From an uncultured Phycisphaerales bacterium (GTDB lineage: Bacteria; Planctomycetota; Phycisphaerae; Tepidisphaerales; Tepidisphaeraceae), in assembly GCA_963844715.1 (NCBI GenBank), contig CAWJPJ010000006.1, forward strand, positions 672,001-736,000: a DNA stretch of 64,000 nucleotides, written 5' to 3'. Under the pieces are notes generated by a model. The model was not told where the DNA came from, ran no database searches, and saw nothing but the letters and a program-made list of their open reading frames with translations. Position 1 is the stretch's first letter, and the number at the start of each line of letters is the position of its first letter. The translations under genes were made by a program, and so were the position numbers. This document shows positions 53,291 through 64,000 of the stretch, piece after piece.

Positions 53291-53878
53291 GTGGCAGAGA
53301 GCAATCTAAATAAGCCTCAGCCGCTTGACTATGAAACACCCCGACCGGGCCGAGGTCATGAGGCCCTCTACCGGGCCATTGCGATCGCGATCACTATTTT
53401 ATTCGTATTGTTGCTCTTTACGATTGATTGGGGCAGTAGCAATAAGAGTGTGATAACGGCAAATCGCGTTAGGTCCGCTTCGAACCTGCGACAGATCGGG
53501 CAAGCGATTTTGCTGTACTGTAACGATCACAATGGCCAATATCCGGACTCTTTCGGCACTATTTTGCTCAACGAGGATGTGACGAGTTCCGTATTTGTCT
53601 CTCCTCTTCGGGGAGAGATAGCGGCGGTGGGACCAACAACCCGGTCGCCGGCGGCGCTCCTGGTGCCGGGCCCCAATCTATCATATGTATACTTGGGGCG
53701 GGGCTTAACAACGTCTACCGTGACTCCGGATTCGGTAGTGGCCTATGAGATCCCAAGCCCGTCAGGCGCGATGGTTCTATTCGGTGATGGGCATGTCGAA
53801 TTCGTCTCCAACATCGCCGCGATTATCCAACAAGCAGCCGCGGGAAAATTTCCCGTGACGATGCCGTCGCCGAAATAA
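53291..53878 (+). CDS. DUF1559/prepilin-like PVC-group protein with C-terminal DGHV motif
   Basis: ANRVRSASNLRQIGQAILLY...YP and VLFGDGHVE. Confidence 0.75.
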   Translation: MAESNLNKPQPLDYETPRPGRGHEALYRAIAIAITILFVLLLFTIDWGSSNKSVITANRVRSASNLRQIGQAILLYCNDHNGQYPDSFGTILLNEDVTSSVFVSPLRGEIAAVGPTTRSPAALLVPGPNLSYVYLGRGLTTSTVTPDSVVAYEIPSPSGAMVLFGDGHVEFVSNIAAIIQQAAAGKFPVTMPSPK

Positions 53879-53879
53879 T

Positions 53880-53909
53880 AAGGCCGAGGGATCGCTGCCC
53901 CTCGGCCTT
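53880..53909. terminator. Hairpin between convergent genes
   Basis: AAGGCCGAGGG-8 nt-CCCTCGGCCTT. Confidence 0.6.
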
Positions 53910-53930
53910 CGCAACTCTCCCGTGATTCGT

Positions 53931-55706
53931 TCAATCTCGGACCCTAAACGGAATCGCGGCGACTTTGCCTTGGCGAGATTTTGCGCCGTAGGTGCCGATC
54001 AAAACACCGACGCCTATTAAGGCTGCCCATTTCTCCCATTGCTGGGAATTCGCAGATTCAACATTGGAGGCGGCAATGGCGATGCCGCCACCGGCGAATT
54101 TGCTTTCGATCGACGGCGCGGATTCGATCTGGTGAGACGCGGCGGGAATCGCGACGATATGCATCGACGAATTGGCCGCTATGCTGGGCGAATTTGCCGG
54201 CAACGGCGTCGATGCGAATATATTGCCCGCAAAAGCGGCGGCCGACTCCACGGTGAATCCCGGCAACACGATGGTCGGCATCAACTCCGGCCCAGCGGTG
54301 TGCGTGGCAATCGTCGTCACCTCGGCTGAGGCCGTCAGCACGTTCGACGCGGATGTGAGCGCAATGTGGGGCATGTACGTCGTGCCTGCGTCGCTCAGAT
54401 GCAATTCGGCGGCGACCGGATTCCCTTCGGCTTTTGCCGAGGCGGTGACGTTTGCGACGACGGCGCCTTTGACATATTGCAGATTGATTGATCCGCCGGA
54501 CGTCGTGTTCTGAAGAGCGCTGACGATGAACGAGACTTTCGGCGAGCCCAAGCCGGTGACGAGATCGTAATCTAGCCCGGCTGAGTATTCGCCACTCGAG
54601 CCCCCGCTGACGTCGTGGTAGGCGTTTGTGTAGTTGGCGCTCGTGTAAAGGGAAAAGAGCGCGGGAATGGTCTGGGTAGTGCCGTTAAGAGTGCCCAATC
54701 CGATTTGGCGAGCTTGATTGGCGATCGCGATGAGCGAGGCCCACTGGGGCGCGCCGCGCTGGTGCCCCCGACTTCCCACCAGCCTGAGGAGCCATCGAGG
54801 GGGACGGAGTCATAGACGTAGAACCCTGTGCTGGGATTGGCGTCGTAGGAGACGTCCGGAGAAGCCTGCTTGCCGTAGGATGAGACGATGCGCTGATAGG
54901 CGGCTTCAGATTCGTACTTGGAGATGCCGCCGGTGCTGTCTGACCAACCCGATTCTGAACCGTAGTTCCCGGAGGTGGACGAAATCTTGAGGGTGGTTCC
55001 GCCGACGGAGAGCACATTCGGCGAAGTTGCGGGGTATTCCGGCCCGTACCAGGAGCCTTCGTCGCCCGAAGCCGCGATGAAGGTAACGCCTTGATGCCCG
55101 CTCGGCGTCGTGAAATAGGAGTCGTAAGAAGTCTCGGAGGAGAATTCGTTGGTCCCCCAGCTCATGGAGACGACGGAGACGCCCGATGCGTCGCGGGCAT
55201 AGTTTACGCCGTCGAGAAGGTCGCCCAGGTTCGCCGAATTCGCCTCGACGAGAAGGATGTTCGCGCCGGCGCCATGGCGTGCGCCCATTCGACGTCCAGC
55301 GAAATCTCCGTGTCCCAGGTGGCGTTGGTGGAGGGCAGTGACGACCCGCCGGATTCGTTGACCACCTTCAGGCTCGGGGGCGCGGCGATTCCCCACGTGG
55401 AATCAAACGTCTTCAGATCGCCGGTGATATCGGGATCGTTGTATGCGTCGACGATGGCAATCGTCTGCCCTTGCCGGTGCCGGCAGCGCCGTTATTCAGC
55501 TTGGCGGCGTTGAAGCCGTAAGCCGTGGCAACCTGGGAGGGCGTATAGGGCGCGGAGGTGCTGCCGGTGACGAGAGGAGAGGCCGTGATGTCCGGCAAGA
55601 CCACCGTGTTCACGGCCGAGAGCAAACATCTCGTCTCGAGAGCCTCGAAAGTTGCCTTGAAATTCCGACGACGATCCCCGTTTCGAATTCCTTTTCGCGC
55701 CATCAC
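53931..55706 (-). CDS. Second LEPR-XLL S53 peptidase (three frameshifts)
   Basis: EALETRCLLS; EISLDVEW; AASGDEG; GGTSA; YDLVTGLGSP; C-terminal hydrophobic segment. Confidence 0.82.
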
Positions 55707-55873
55707 AACTCCTCGCTTTAGTTTTTCTTAAGATTCAAAACCCGATGGTCCCTTTTAAGGGACTGTTGCCGTATGGGTGGGCGGATTCTAGAAGACTCAG
55801 TTAACGCCGCAATACGAAAACCCGCGAAAAATCAATATAAATTGCGCCAATCAAATCGGCGACGGTACATGAA

Positions 55874-57677
55874 TTACTTCGCCTGAATTGAAATCGAGTG
55901 GTGGGAGAAAAATAGAACGACAAAAAAGATGAGGATGGGCAGAGCGATGCAGAGTGCGACAAGGCGGTAGCGCTTGAGATTCCCCGACGCGGGCGATTTT
56001 GGCGCGACCAGCCGATCGGCGCGGCCGGTGACCTGCACGGCGTCGGGGTTGTCCAGGTCATGTTTCATCGCCAGCGCGGTGGGGTAACGCTCCTGCGGAT
56101 CGCGCGCCATGGCGTGGAGGATGATCTCTTCGACCTGCGGGGAAATCTTGTCGTTCTTAATTCGCGGCGCGATCGGATCGCCGCTCAGGCGCGCGTTCAT
56201 GATGATGAACGGATTGGCCCCCTCGAAAGGAACGGAGCCGGTGACCATTTCGTAAAGGATGGCGCCCAGGCTGTAGATGTCGGTGCGCGCGTCGCCTCTT
56301 TTCCCCTTGACCTGCTCGGGGGCCATATAGTCCGGAGTTCCCATGGCGGGAGTGAAGGCGCCAAACGTCAGCCGTGCGCGGTCTCGAATTTGGCGATCCC
56401 AAAATCCATGATGCGAATCGACCCGTCGCTGCAAATCATGATGTTGTCCGGTTTGAGATCGCGATGCACGACATCGTGCTCGTGCATGTAATGCAGCGCT
56501 TCGCAGATTCGGCTGGCGATCTTGAGGGCATCCGCCTGCGGCATGGGGCTGATCGTGTGCATCAGATGGCCGAGCGTCTGGCCGTCCAGGAATTCCATGA
56601 CGATGTACGGCCGGCTCTTGTTCAGCTTTTCGTCGTCCATGAGCCGCAGGATGTAGGGATGCTGGAGCACCTTGCCGATCTGCTGTTCGCGTTGAAATCG
56701 CTGATAAAATCCGGGGTCTGATTCGAACTGCATGAAGGGGACCTTCAGCGCGACGATCCCATCGTTGGAGAGGTCCATCGCCTTGTAGATGGTCGCCATT
56801 CCTGACCGGCTGACGATGTCGGTGATCTTGTAGCGGCCGTCCAACGTTTGACCGACTTCCAGTTCGCTTCCCATGATGGCCGGGCTCTCTTTCTGAAACG
56901 TGGGCAGTCCACGATAGTAGCTGAGTCGTTCTATTCCCAATATTTTGACGACCTGAACCGACAAATTATCGTCCGCGCCGCGCCGTTCGGCCATTCTCAC
57001 CAGGCTTTTGCACGCGTCGTCCGGCGCTTGCTTATTCACGGCATCGAGGATTTCGCCTTCGGTGATCTGGGTCCAGATGCCGTCGCACATTTGCACGAGG
57101 ATATCGCCGCGGGAAACCGTCTGGGTATGAAAGTCGATGCGGAGAGTCGGTTCCTGCCCGACGGTGCGCGTGAGGACGGAGCGCATATCCGAATTCATGG
57201 CGTCCTCGACGGTGATCAGGCCAAGCTTGAGCTGCACGCCGGCGTAGGAGTGATCGTTGGTTATCCTGCGAATCCGCCCCTGCTGGATGATGTAAGCCCG
57301 GCAGTCGCCGACGTGGCCGATGGTGACCTCGTTATGCCGGAACAGCGCAACCGTCATCGTCGTGGCCATCCGGCCTTTGCCGCTCTCCTTCAGATTATGG
57401 TCATACACCGCGATGTTGGCGGCGTTGAACATCTGATTCAGGACCTGCGTCGGCGGCGCCAGGGGTTTGGCCTCCAGGAAAGTCTTCAGCGCCGCATCAC
57501 AGGCCGCGCGGCTGGCGACCTCTCCCCGTTCCTGCCCCCCCACCCCGTCGGCCAGAACGACGACGGCGCCACGCCCGCGCCAATCGGCCTCCGTGCTCGG
57601 CTGCCACGCGGTAATGGAGTCCTCGTTGATTTGCGCACAGGGCCGGTCGAAGATAGGCTGCCGTATACAATTTGCAT
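55874..57677 (-). CDS. Bifunctional PP2C phosphatase-Ser/Thr kinase with C-terminal TM (frameshifts near 57610 and 56375)
   Basis: [23 protein letters not shown]; then [31 protein letters not shown]. Confidence 0.9.
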
Positions 57678-58150
57678 GATGGCTGCGGCTGAGTCGTGCC
57701 CGAAAAGGCGGCGGGCGATTCTATTGCCCCCATTGGGCAAAACAAGGGCCGAACAAACGGCCTGGGGCACGCATTTCCACACTTTGACTCGTCCCGCCCA
57801 TGTTTCAGGCTCGCATAGAGGGCCTCCCCGGCTTTGCATACTTTTTAAGCATGCTTTCTTGAACTCATTGCTTTTTGCAAATGCGAGGTTGACGAGAGAA
57901 ATGTCCCCTTACACGGCATAAACCGATGTAATCGGACCCAGAAATACCACTGGCACATGGTTTGTGATGGCCCGGCTGCAATAGGTCCACAAATCGTCGG
58001 CTTTATTGCAGTCAGGACCTGTCAGCAGCGGCAGCAGCTCGGAAGGAAGAACACGTTGTCCGTGCCGACGAAAAGAGCACTCTGCGTTGCCGCGCCAGAA
58101 ACCCATTAGGCAGGCCATGGTGGCCGCCAGAAAGCAAAGGAGAAGAGTCT

Positions 58151-60162
58151 GTGGCAAACGAAACCTCTGGAACTCCATCCAGTTCGGGACCGGCCCAAGG
58201 AACGATGAAGCCGACGTTGGGCCTCACGGGTCTGACGAGTAACGCGATGGCCCTGATCGCGCCGGGCGCGTTCTTGTGGCTGACGTTCGAAGAACAGTCT
58301 GCGTACGGGCGCCGTCCGCAGGCTCGGCGATGTGGATGGGCATGTTGCTCGCCACGGTGCTATGTTTGGCGACAGCCATCTCCTACGCGGAACTTAGCAA
58401 ACTTTATCCCGGCGCGGGTTCGAGCTACTTCTTCGCCGAACAGGCGTTTCTCTCCAAGAAGCAAGCCTACAAGTGGGCGCGCCTTTACAAATTCATGGTG
58501 GGCTGGGCAAGCCACCTCTACTACTGGATTTACCCCGGCGTGATGGTGTGCGTGACGGCCATCTTCATCGGCTACATGGCCGGGCAGCTCTTCCCCAACA
58601 CCTTTAACGTCGCCGAGGGTAGTCCCCTCTTGATGATCGTGTTCTCGATCATATTCGCGTACGGCGTATCGTGGATCGCTTACCGCGGCGTCGTGGGCGC
58701 AACGGGCGTCAACGTCGCGATCAACATCATTCAGATCACCGCACTGCTGATCTTCTCGGTCATGGCGATTGCCCATCGCGTGCACGTCAAGGAAGGCGAC
58801 GTCGACTGGACGCTCGACTCGACCGGCACGCCGACGCAGTTTCAGCAAGACTCCACTCCGAACATGATTCAGGATCCGAAGTTCCCCAACGATCCGACCA
58901 AACAGATCGTCGATCCCAGCGGCGCGACCAGTCCGAAAGTTGACGGCAGCGGCGCGCCGATCTGGATTTACAACGCCGTGGACGCCAAGGGGACCGTGAT
59001 GAACGATTCCAGCGGCAACCCGATCGTTGTCGCCACGGATGCCACCGGAAAGCTGGCGGCGCTGCCCTCCGGCGCGGCCAAGGCGGTTCCGGCTCCAGTG
59101 ACAATTTCGTACCTGGGCGGCATGGTCAAGGACAGCAAGGGCGTCTGGCAGTTCAACTACCACGATTCGGCCAAGTCCGTGTTTCACTGGCACAGCGGTC
59201 AGTACGTGCTGATTCAGGGATGTATCGCGATTCTGTGCCTGGTCGGTTTCGAATCGGTCTCCTCGATGGGTGAGGAAGCGAAGAACCCGAAGAAGCACAT
59301 TCCGATCGCCATCGTCGCGTCACTGCTGATCCAGGGCGGCTTCTGCTACCTGTTTGAATATTTCGCCGCCAACTATTTCCAGAGTTCGCTGTACACCAAT
59401 CAAACCGCGGCAGGTTCGCCGGCTCCGATCGGCGACATGATGCAGCTAGCCGGCGCCTGGTGCTTCGGCTCGGCCAAGGCGGGCTGGTGGTTCATGTTCC
59501 TGGAAGCCATCACCGTCTTCCTGGCGATGATCGGAACGACTCTGTCGTGCATCAACACCGGCGCTCGCGTGACCTACGCGATGGGCCGCGATGAGGAAGT
59601 TCCGACTCACTTCGGCATCCTCCACGGCAAGAACAACACCCCGCACCGCTGCATCTGGGTGCTGGCGACGATCTCCGCTCTGGTCGGAATCTACGGGATT
59701 CTCTTCTATCTGTGCGGTCCGTCCGCTTCGTCTGCGCTCGATACCAACCTCTCGACGGCGCAAACCTCGAGCATGTGGTACAAGGGCGTGTTTAGTTTTG
59801 CGACGGCGCAGAAGTTCCCGTGCAGCTTGCTGGTGATCACCCTGATCAGTAACTTCGGAACGTTCCTCCTGTACATGATGAGCTGCATCATCGCGATGGT
59901 CGCCTTCCACGAGCACCACATGTACAACCCGATCAAGCACATCCTGATCCCCGGTTTCGGCCTGATCGCGAACCTGGGTTGCATGTTGTTCTACTTGATC
60001 GGTCCCTTCTCGGTCCCTGGCATGAGCGCCAAGGAACCATTTATCGCCCTCGGCGTAGCCGCCGCGTGGGGCATCTTTGGTGCGATATATTTCGTGATGA
60101 AGAGCAAGAAGATGGGACGCGAGATTTTCGTGAGCAAGCCCCAAACCTCGACTCCGGCCTAA
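58151..60162 (+). CDS. APC-family amino acid/amine permease (frameshift near 58310)
   Basis: AMALIAPGAF, SYAELSKLYPGAGSSY, VGFES...EEAKNPKK, ARVTYAMGRD. Confidence 0.9.
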
Positions 60163-60188
60163 CAGCCGACGGTTCGAGATGTCAAATT

Positions 60189-60230
60189 AAACGGCCGTCC
60201 GAGAATATTCGGACGGCCGTTTCCTTTTTC
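60189..60230 (+). terminator. Intrinsic terminator after the permease
   Basis: AAACGGCCGTCCGA-6 nt-TCGGACGGCCGTTT then CCTTTTT. Confidence 0.75.
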
Positions 60231-60257
60231 TACCCTTCAACATTAACCTTGGCGAAT

Positions 60258-61727
60258 ATGACCGATTCAATGGCTCAGACGGTCGCGAACAACACCCGCG
60301 CCATCAATTTCATCTGGACTCTCATCGCCGGTTTTTTGGTCATGTTCATGCAGGCGGGCTTCGCTCTGGTTGAAACCGGGATGTGCCGGGCGAAAAACGT
60401 GGCCCACACCATGAGCATGAATTTTTTGATCTATAGCCTGGCCGTGATCGGGTTTTTCATAACGGGATTTGCGTTCATGATGGGCGGAGTCAACGCAGTG
60501 CCGGCCGGCGCTTCGGCGCCCCTGGTCGGCGGCCCGCAATCCCTGGGGCTTTCGGGCGGCGACGTCCTGAACCGCATGTTCTACATCCACGTCTTCGGGA
60601 AACCGTGGGGAATCCTCGGCCACAGCGGATTTTTCCTCTCGAATTCCAATCTTCCCGCAGGGGTGTTCGTTCTCTTTCTCTACATGATGGTTTTCATGGA
60701 CACCGCCGCGACGATCCCCACGGGCGCGCTGGCGGAAAGATGGAGCTTCAAGAGCTTTACCATATTCAGCGCCTGCGTCGGGGCATTCATCTACAGCTTT
60801 TACGGCTGCTGGATGTGGGGCGGCGGGTGGCTCGCCAGCCTCGGCGTGAACTACGGGCTGGGGCATGGCGCGGTCGATTACGCGGGGTCTTCCGTCGTTC
60901 ATCTTCAGGGCGGGTCGCTGGCCTTTATCACATGCCTCATGATCGGCCCGCGAATCGGGAAATATGATGCCGAAGGAAATCCCCGCCCCATCTTCGGCCA
61001 TCACGTCCCGATGATGATGCTCGGCACGTTCATCCTCGCCTTTGGCTGGTTCGGATTCAACGCCGGTTCGAGCCTCTCCGGCACGACCGATCGCATCGGT
61101 CTCATCGCCACCAACACCATGATCGCCTCAGCCTCGGCCACCGCCGCGGCGTGCTTTTATATGTGGAAAATGTATGGCAAGCCCGACCCCTCGATGATGT
61201 GCAACGGAATGCTCGGGGGGCTGGTCGCCATCACGGCGCCGTGTGCGTTCATTTCACCGGCGTGCGCGTTTCTGATCGGAATCATCGCGGGCATCTTCGT
61301 GGTGTGGGCGGTTCTTTATTTCGAGAAGAAGCAAATCGACGATCCGGTCGGCGCGATCAGCGTTCACGGCATCGCGGGACTTTGGGGGATCATCGCCGTG
61401 GGACTGTTCGCCAACGGCACCTATGGCGACGGATACAATAACGTTTCCGGCAACGTGATCGGATTGTTTTACGGGAACCATTCGTTCAAGCAACTCATTG
61501 CCCAGTTGATCTCGGCGGTCACGTGCATCGTCTGGAATCTCGCGGTAGGCGGCCTGGTATTCTACTCAATCGGCCGATTCCTGCGGTCCAATCGCGTTTC
61601 TCCGAGCATCGAACTGGCCGGCTTGGATATTCCGGAAATGGGCGCGCCAGGCTATCCCGAGTTTGTCAGCCATATGGGGCAGGAGAGCTTCTCCTCGGCG
61701 GAACTGCCGCCCACGTCGGGTTCATAG
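60258..61727 (+). CDS. amt: Ammonium transporter
   Basis: FMQAGFALVE, GALAER, DYAGSSVVH, GWFGFNAGS, GLVAIT, DDPVGAISVHG. Confidence 0.95.
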   Translation: MTDSMAQTVANNTRAINFIWTLIAGFLVMFMQAGFALVETGMCRAKNVAHTMSMNFLIYSLAVIGFFITGFAFMMGGVNAVPAGASAPLVGGPQSLGLSGGDVLNRMFYIHVFGKPWGILGHSGFFLSNSNLPAGVFVLFLYMMVFMDTAATIPTGALAERWSFKSFTIFSACVGAFIYSFYGCWMWGGGWLASLGVNYGLGHGAVDYAGSSVVHLQGGSLAFITCLMIGPRIGKYDAEGNPRPIFGHHVPMMMLGTFILAFGWFGFNAGSSLSGTTDRIGLIATNTMIASASATAAACFYMWKMYGKPDPSMMCNGMLGGLVAITAPCAFISPACAFLIGIIAGIFVVWAVLYFEKKQIDDPVGAISVHGIAGLWGIIAVGLFANGTYGDGYNNVSGNVIGLFYGNHSFKQLIAQLISAVTCIVWNLAVGGLVFYSIGRFLRSNRVSPSIELAGLDIPEMGAPGYPEFVSHMGQESFSSAELPPTSGS

Positions 61728-61782
61728 AGCCACGTGTTAGCGATTGACCCTGGCGAGCGAGGCGATTATCGTGCGCGCCGCG

Positions 61783-62658
61783 ATGGACCCGCTGATTGTC
61801 TCCGCTGCCGACGCCGAGTATTTCCCGCTGCTCAAAGGCCTCGTTCTATCGATCCGGCAGAATGCTCCGGATCAATCCACAAACATCGCCGCCGTGGATT
61901 TGGGGCTGACCGAATCGCAAAAATCAGAATTAAACGAGCTGGGCGTTCGAATCGTGACCATCGATTGGAAAACCGAGTTCGCGCAGCGGACGGAAGCGGC
62001 TCCCTGGGAAATCTGGATAACGGCGCGGGCGGACCTCCCTCGTTATGTGCCGGGAGCGGAATTTTACATCTGGCTGGACGCGGATGTCTGGTTGCAGGAT
62101 TGGCGAGCGATTGAGTTGCTCCAGCGGGCCGCCGCGACCGGCGCTGGGCATCGTGCCCGAGTTGCACCGCGGATACGCCAAAACCTACGAGCCGAGTCCG
62201 CTGGAAGAACGCCAGGTTTACAACTTCTATCGCGAATCGTATGACGAGACGATCGCGCGGCGCCTGACGGCGGTGCCCGTTCTCAACGCCGGCGTGTTTG
62301 CGCTCGCGCCGACTCGCCGATCTGGAAATCCTGGCAAGAGTGGCAGCGGGCGGCTTCACAGAAAATCATTCACAAGCTGACCGATCAATGTGCTCTCAAC
62401 GGCGCGGTTTATGGGAGCCAGCTCCCGTTTCATCCGTTGCCGGCCTGGTGCAACTGGATGTGCGGGCAGGCATTGCCGAAATGGGACCCGGCAAGTCGGA
62501 AATTTGTCGTTCCTCTATTGCCGTTTGAGCCGATTTCGATATTGCACGTGACGCCCCGCGAGATCGCCGTGCAGAGGATTCAGAATGTGGACGGCCAGCG
62601 GCAGACGCGCCCGCTGGATTATCTGGCGCATCTGGAGTGGCTGAAGTCCGTCAGTTGA
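61783..62658 (+). CDS. Glycosyltransferase-like protein (GT-A, DxD), two frameshifts
   Basis: SAADAEY, YIWLDADVW, VLNAGVFAL, DQCALN, CNWMC. Confidence 0.65.
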
Positions 62659-62691
62659 CCCCCCAACCGCCGGGCTTAAAATCACAATTAT

Positions 62692-62764
62692 GGCAGCGTA
62701 GCTCAGTTGGCAGAGCAGGGGATTCATAAGCCCCGGGTCACAGGTTCGAGTCCTGTCGCTGCTA
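62692..62764 (+). tRNA. tRNA-Met (CAT), probably elongator
   Basis: GGCAGCG/CGCTGCT acceptor, TTCATAA loop, ACAGG-TTCGAGT-CCTGT; Ile2 identity not excluded. Confidence 0.92.
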
Positions 62765-63100
62765 CTTCAATAACCTGCGACGATCCGCGCGGCCTGGAAT
62801 GGGCCGGTTCGGAATTCCCCGACCGATAACTCCCACGCCCGATTACCTGCGTTCCATCTCCAACGCCCCCACCGCACCAAGAAACAGGAAATTGCCGAAT
62901 TTCACGCATAAGTAATCCACGTCTCTCGCGGGAAGCCACTGCGCTCGCTCGTCTTGCGCAACTCGTACGCGGCTAAATGCGCACCATCGATAAACCGATT
63001 AATTGTGGCACGGCATTCTGTGCGGCTTGCGCGGATCGTGCCGTTTAAACGTCAGGCGTTGAAGGACTGCTTCCGTATTTTCGGACCGTCGAAGCAAGTT

Positions 63101-64000
63101 ATGTTGCAGACGTTCTCTCACTCGCCCACTTCACGGTGCGCCGCGGCGCCGTTGAGCCTGCTGTCGTCGGCAACGTCGACCGCTTTCCGTTTACCTGGAT
63201 GCGCCGGCAAAAGCGGTCGCAGCGACATCCCGCATCGCCTTGCCCGCGCCGTGCGCGCGGCGATGGAACGACTCGAGCCGCGAATTCTGTTTACCTGGAT
63301 CGGCGCGACCAGCGGCAGCACCAACGACGCCGCCCACAACTTCAACAATACAAGCAACTGGAGCGGCGGCACTATCGACGATTCGTTTTCCGGCGTCACG
63401 CTCACCGCTAACACCACCCTCTATCTCTCCGCCAATCAAACGACCGGGACATCCGGCTTGAATCTCGGATACAGCGGGAACTTCAGCCTCACGTTTCTTT
63501 CCAGCAGCACGACGGCGCGCACCCTGACACTGGCCGGCGATGTCGCCAGCGCCCCCTCAAATCAAACCGTTACCATCGGCGACACCACCGACGCGGACGA
63601 CGTCAATGTCGTCCTCAGCGGCGGAAACGCGCACCTTGAACACCGCCTCCGGCGAAAACCTGGTCCTGGCCAACGTCGTCTCCGGGGCCGAGGCTTTGGA
63701 CGTCGCCGGATCCGGCACGGTCGTGCTCAGGGGCGCCAATACCTTTACTGGCGGCGCCACACTGGCGTCCGGCGGCTCAACTCGATATCAACAACGCCAG
63801 CGCCCTCGGCACTGGAATGTTCACGATCAACGGCGGAACCATCGACAACACCAGCGGCGCGGCCATTACGCTCGGCACCAACAACGCGCAGACCTGGGCA
63901 TCGGATTTTACGTTTGCCGGAACCAATAACCTCAATCTCGGCACCGGCGCCGTTACCATGACGGATGACATCCAGATCACCACGACGGCCGGCGACCTCA
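63101..64000 (+). CDS. Large secreted LEPR-XLL protein with autotransporter-associated beta-strand repeats, 3' partial, frameshifted
   Basis: MERLEPRILF; GSGTVVLRGANTFTGG; T/S/G/N-rich. Confidence 0.8.

Overview
GC-rich bacterial chromosome segment. Planctomycetota (Phycisphaerae/Tepidisphaera-like) is inferred from LEPR-XLL secreted proteins, a TPR plus double alpha-CTD protein, a DUF1559-type protein, and planctomycete-type ECF and integrase genes. Many conserved genes (mfd, bamA, trbB, kinase, permease) are split by single-base frameshifts, which points to uncorrected long-read indels; those are treated as intact genes here. The backbone carries mfd, cls, bamA-skp-lpxD, kdsA, amt and three tRNAs (Lys-CTT, Leu-TAG, Met-CAT). 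The accessory content has five main parts. (1) An ~8.6 kb island between tRNA-Lys and a degenerate tRNA 3' copy; it has an apparently complete tyrosine integrase, but its cargo is a patchwork of abruptly joined fragments of conjugation, recombinase, partition and defence-type genes. (2) Three IS5-family insertions, all at CTAG, two of which disrupt genes. (3) An MNIO (DUF692)/DUF2063 RiPP cluster with a secreted six-Cys precursor. (4) A PP2C-kinase fusion divergent from an APC permease-Amt pair with no adjacent GlnK. (5) An SRAP gene inactivated by point mutations. All family calls come from motif recognition by eye; no database search was run.
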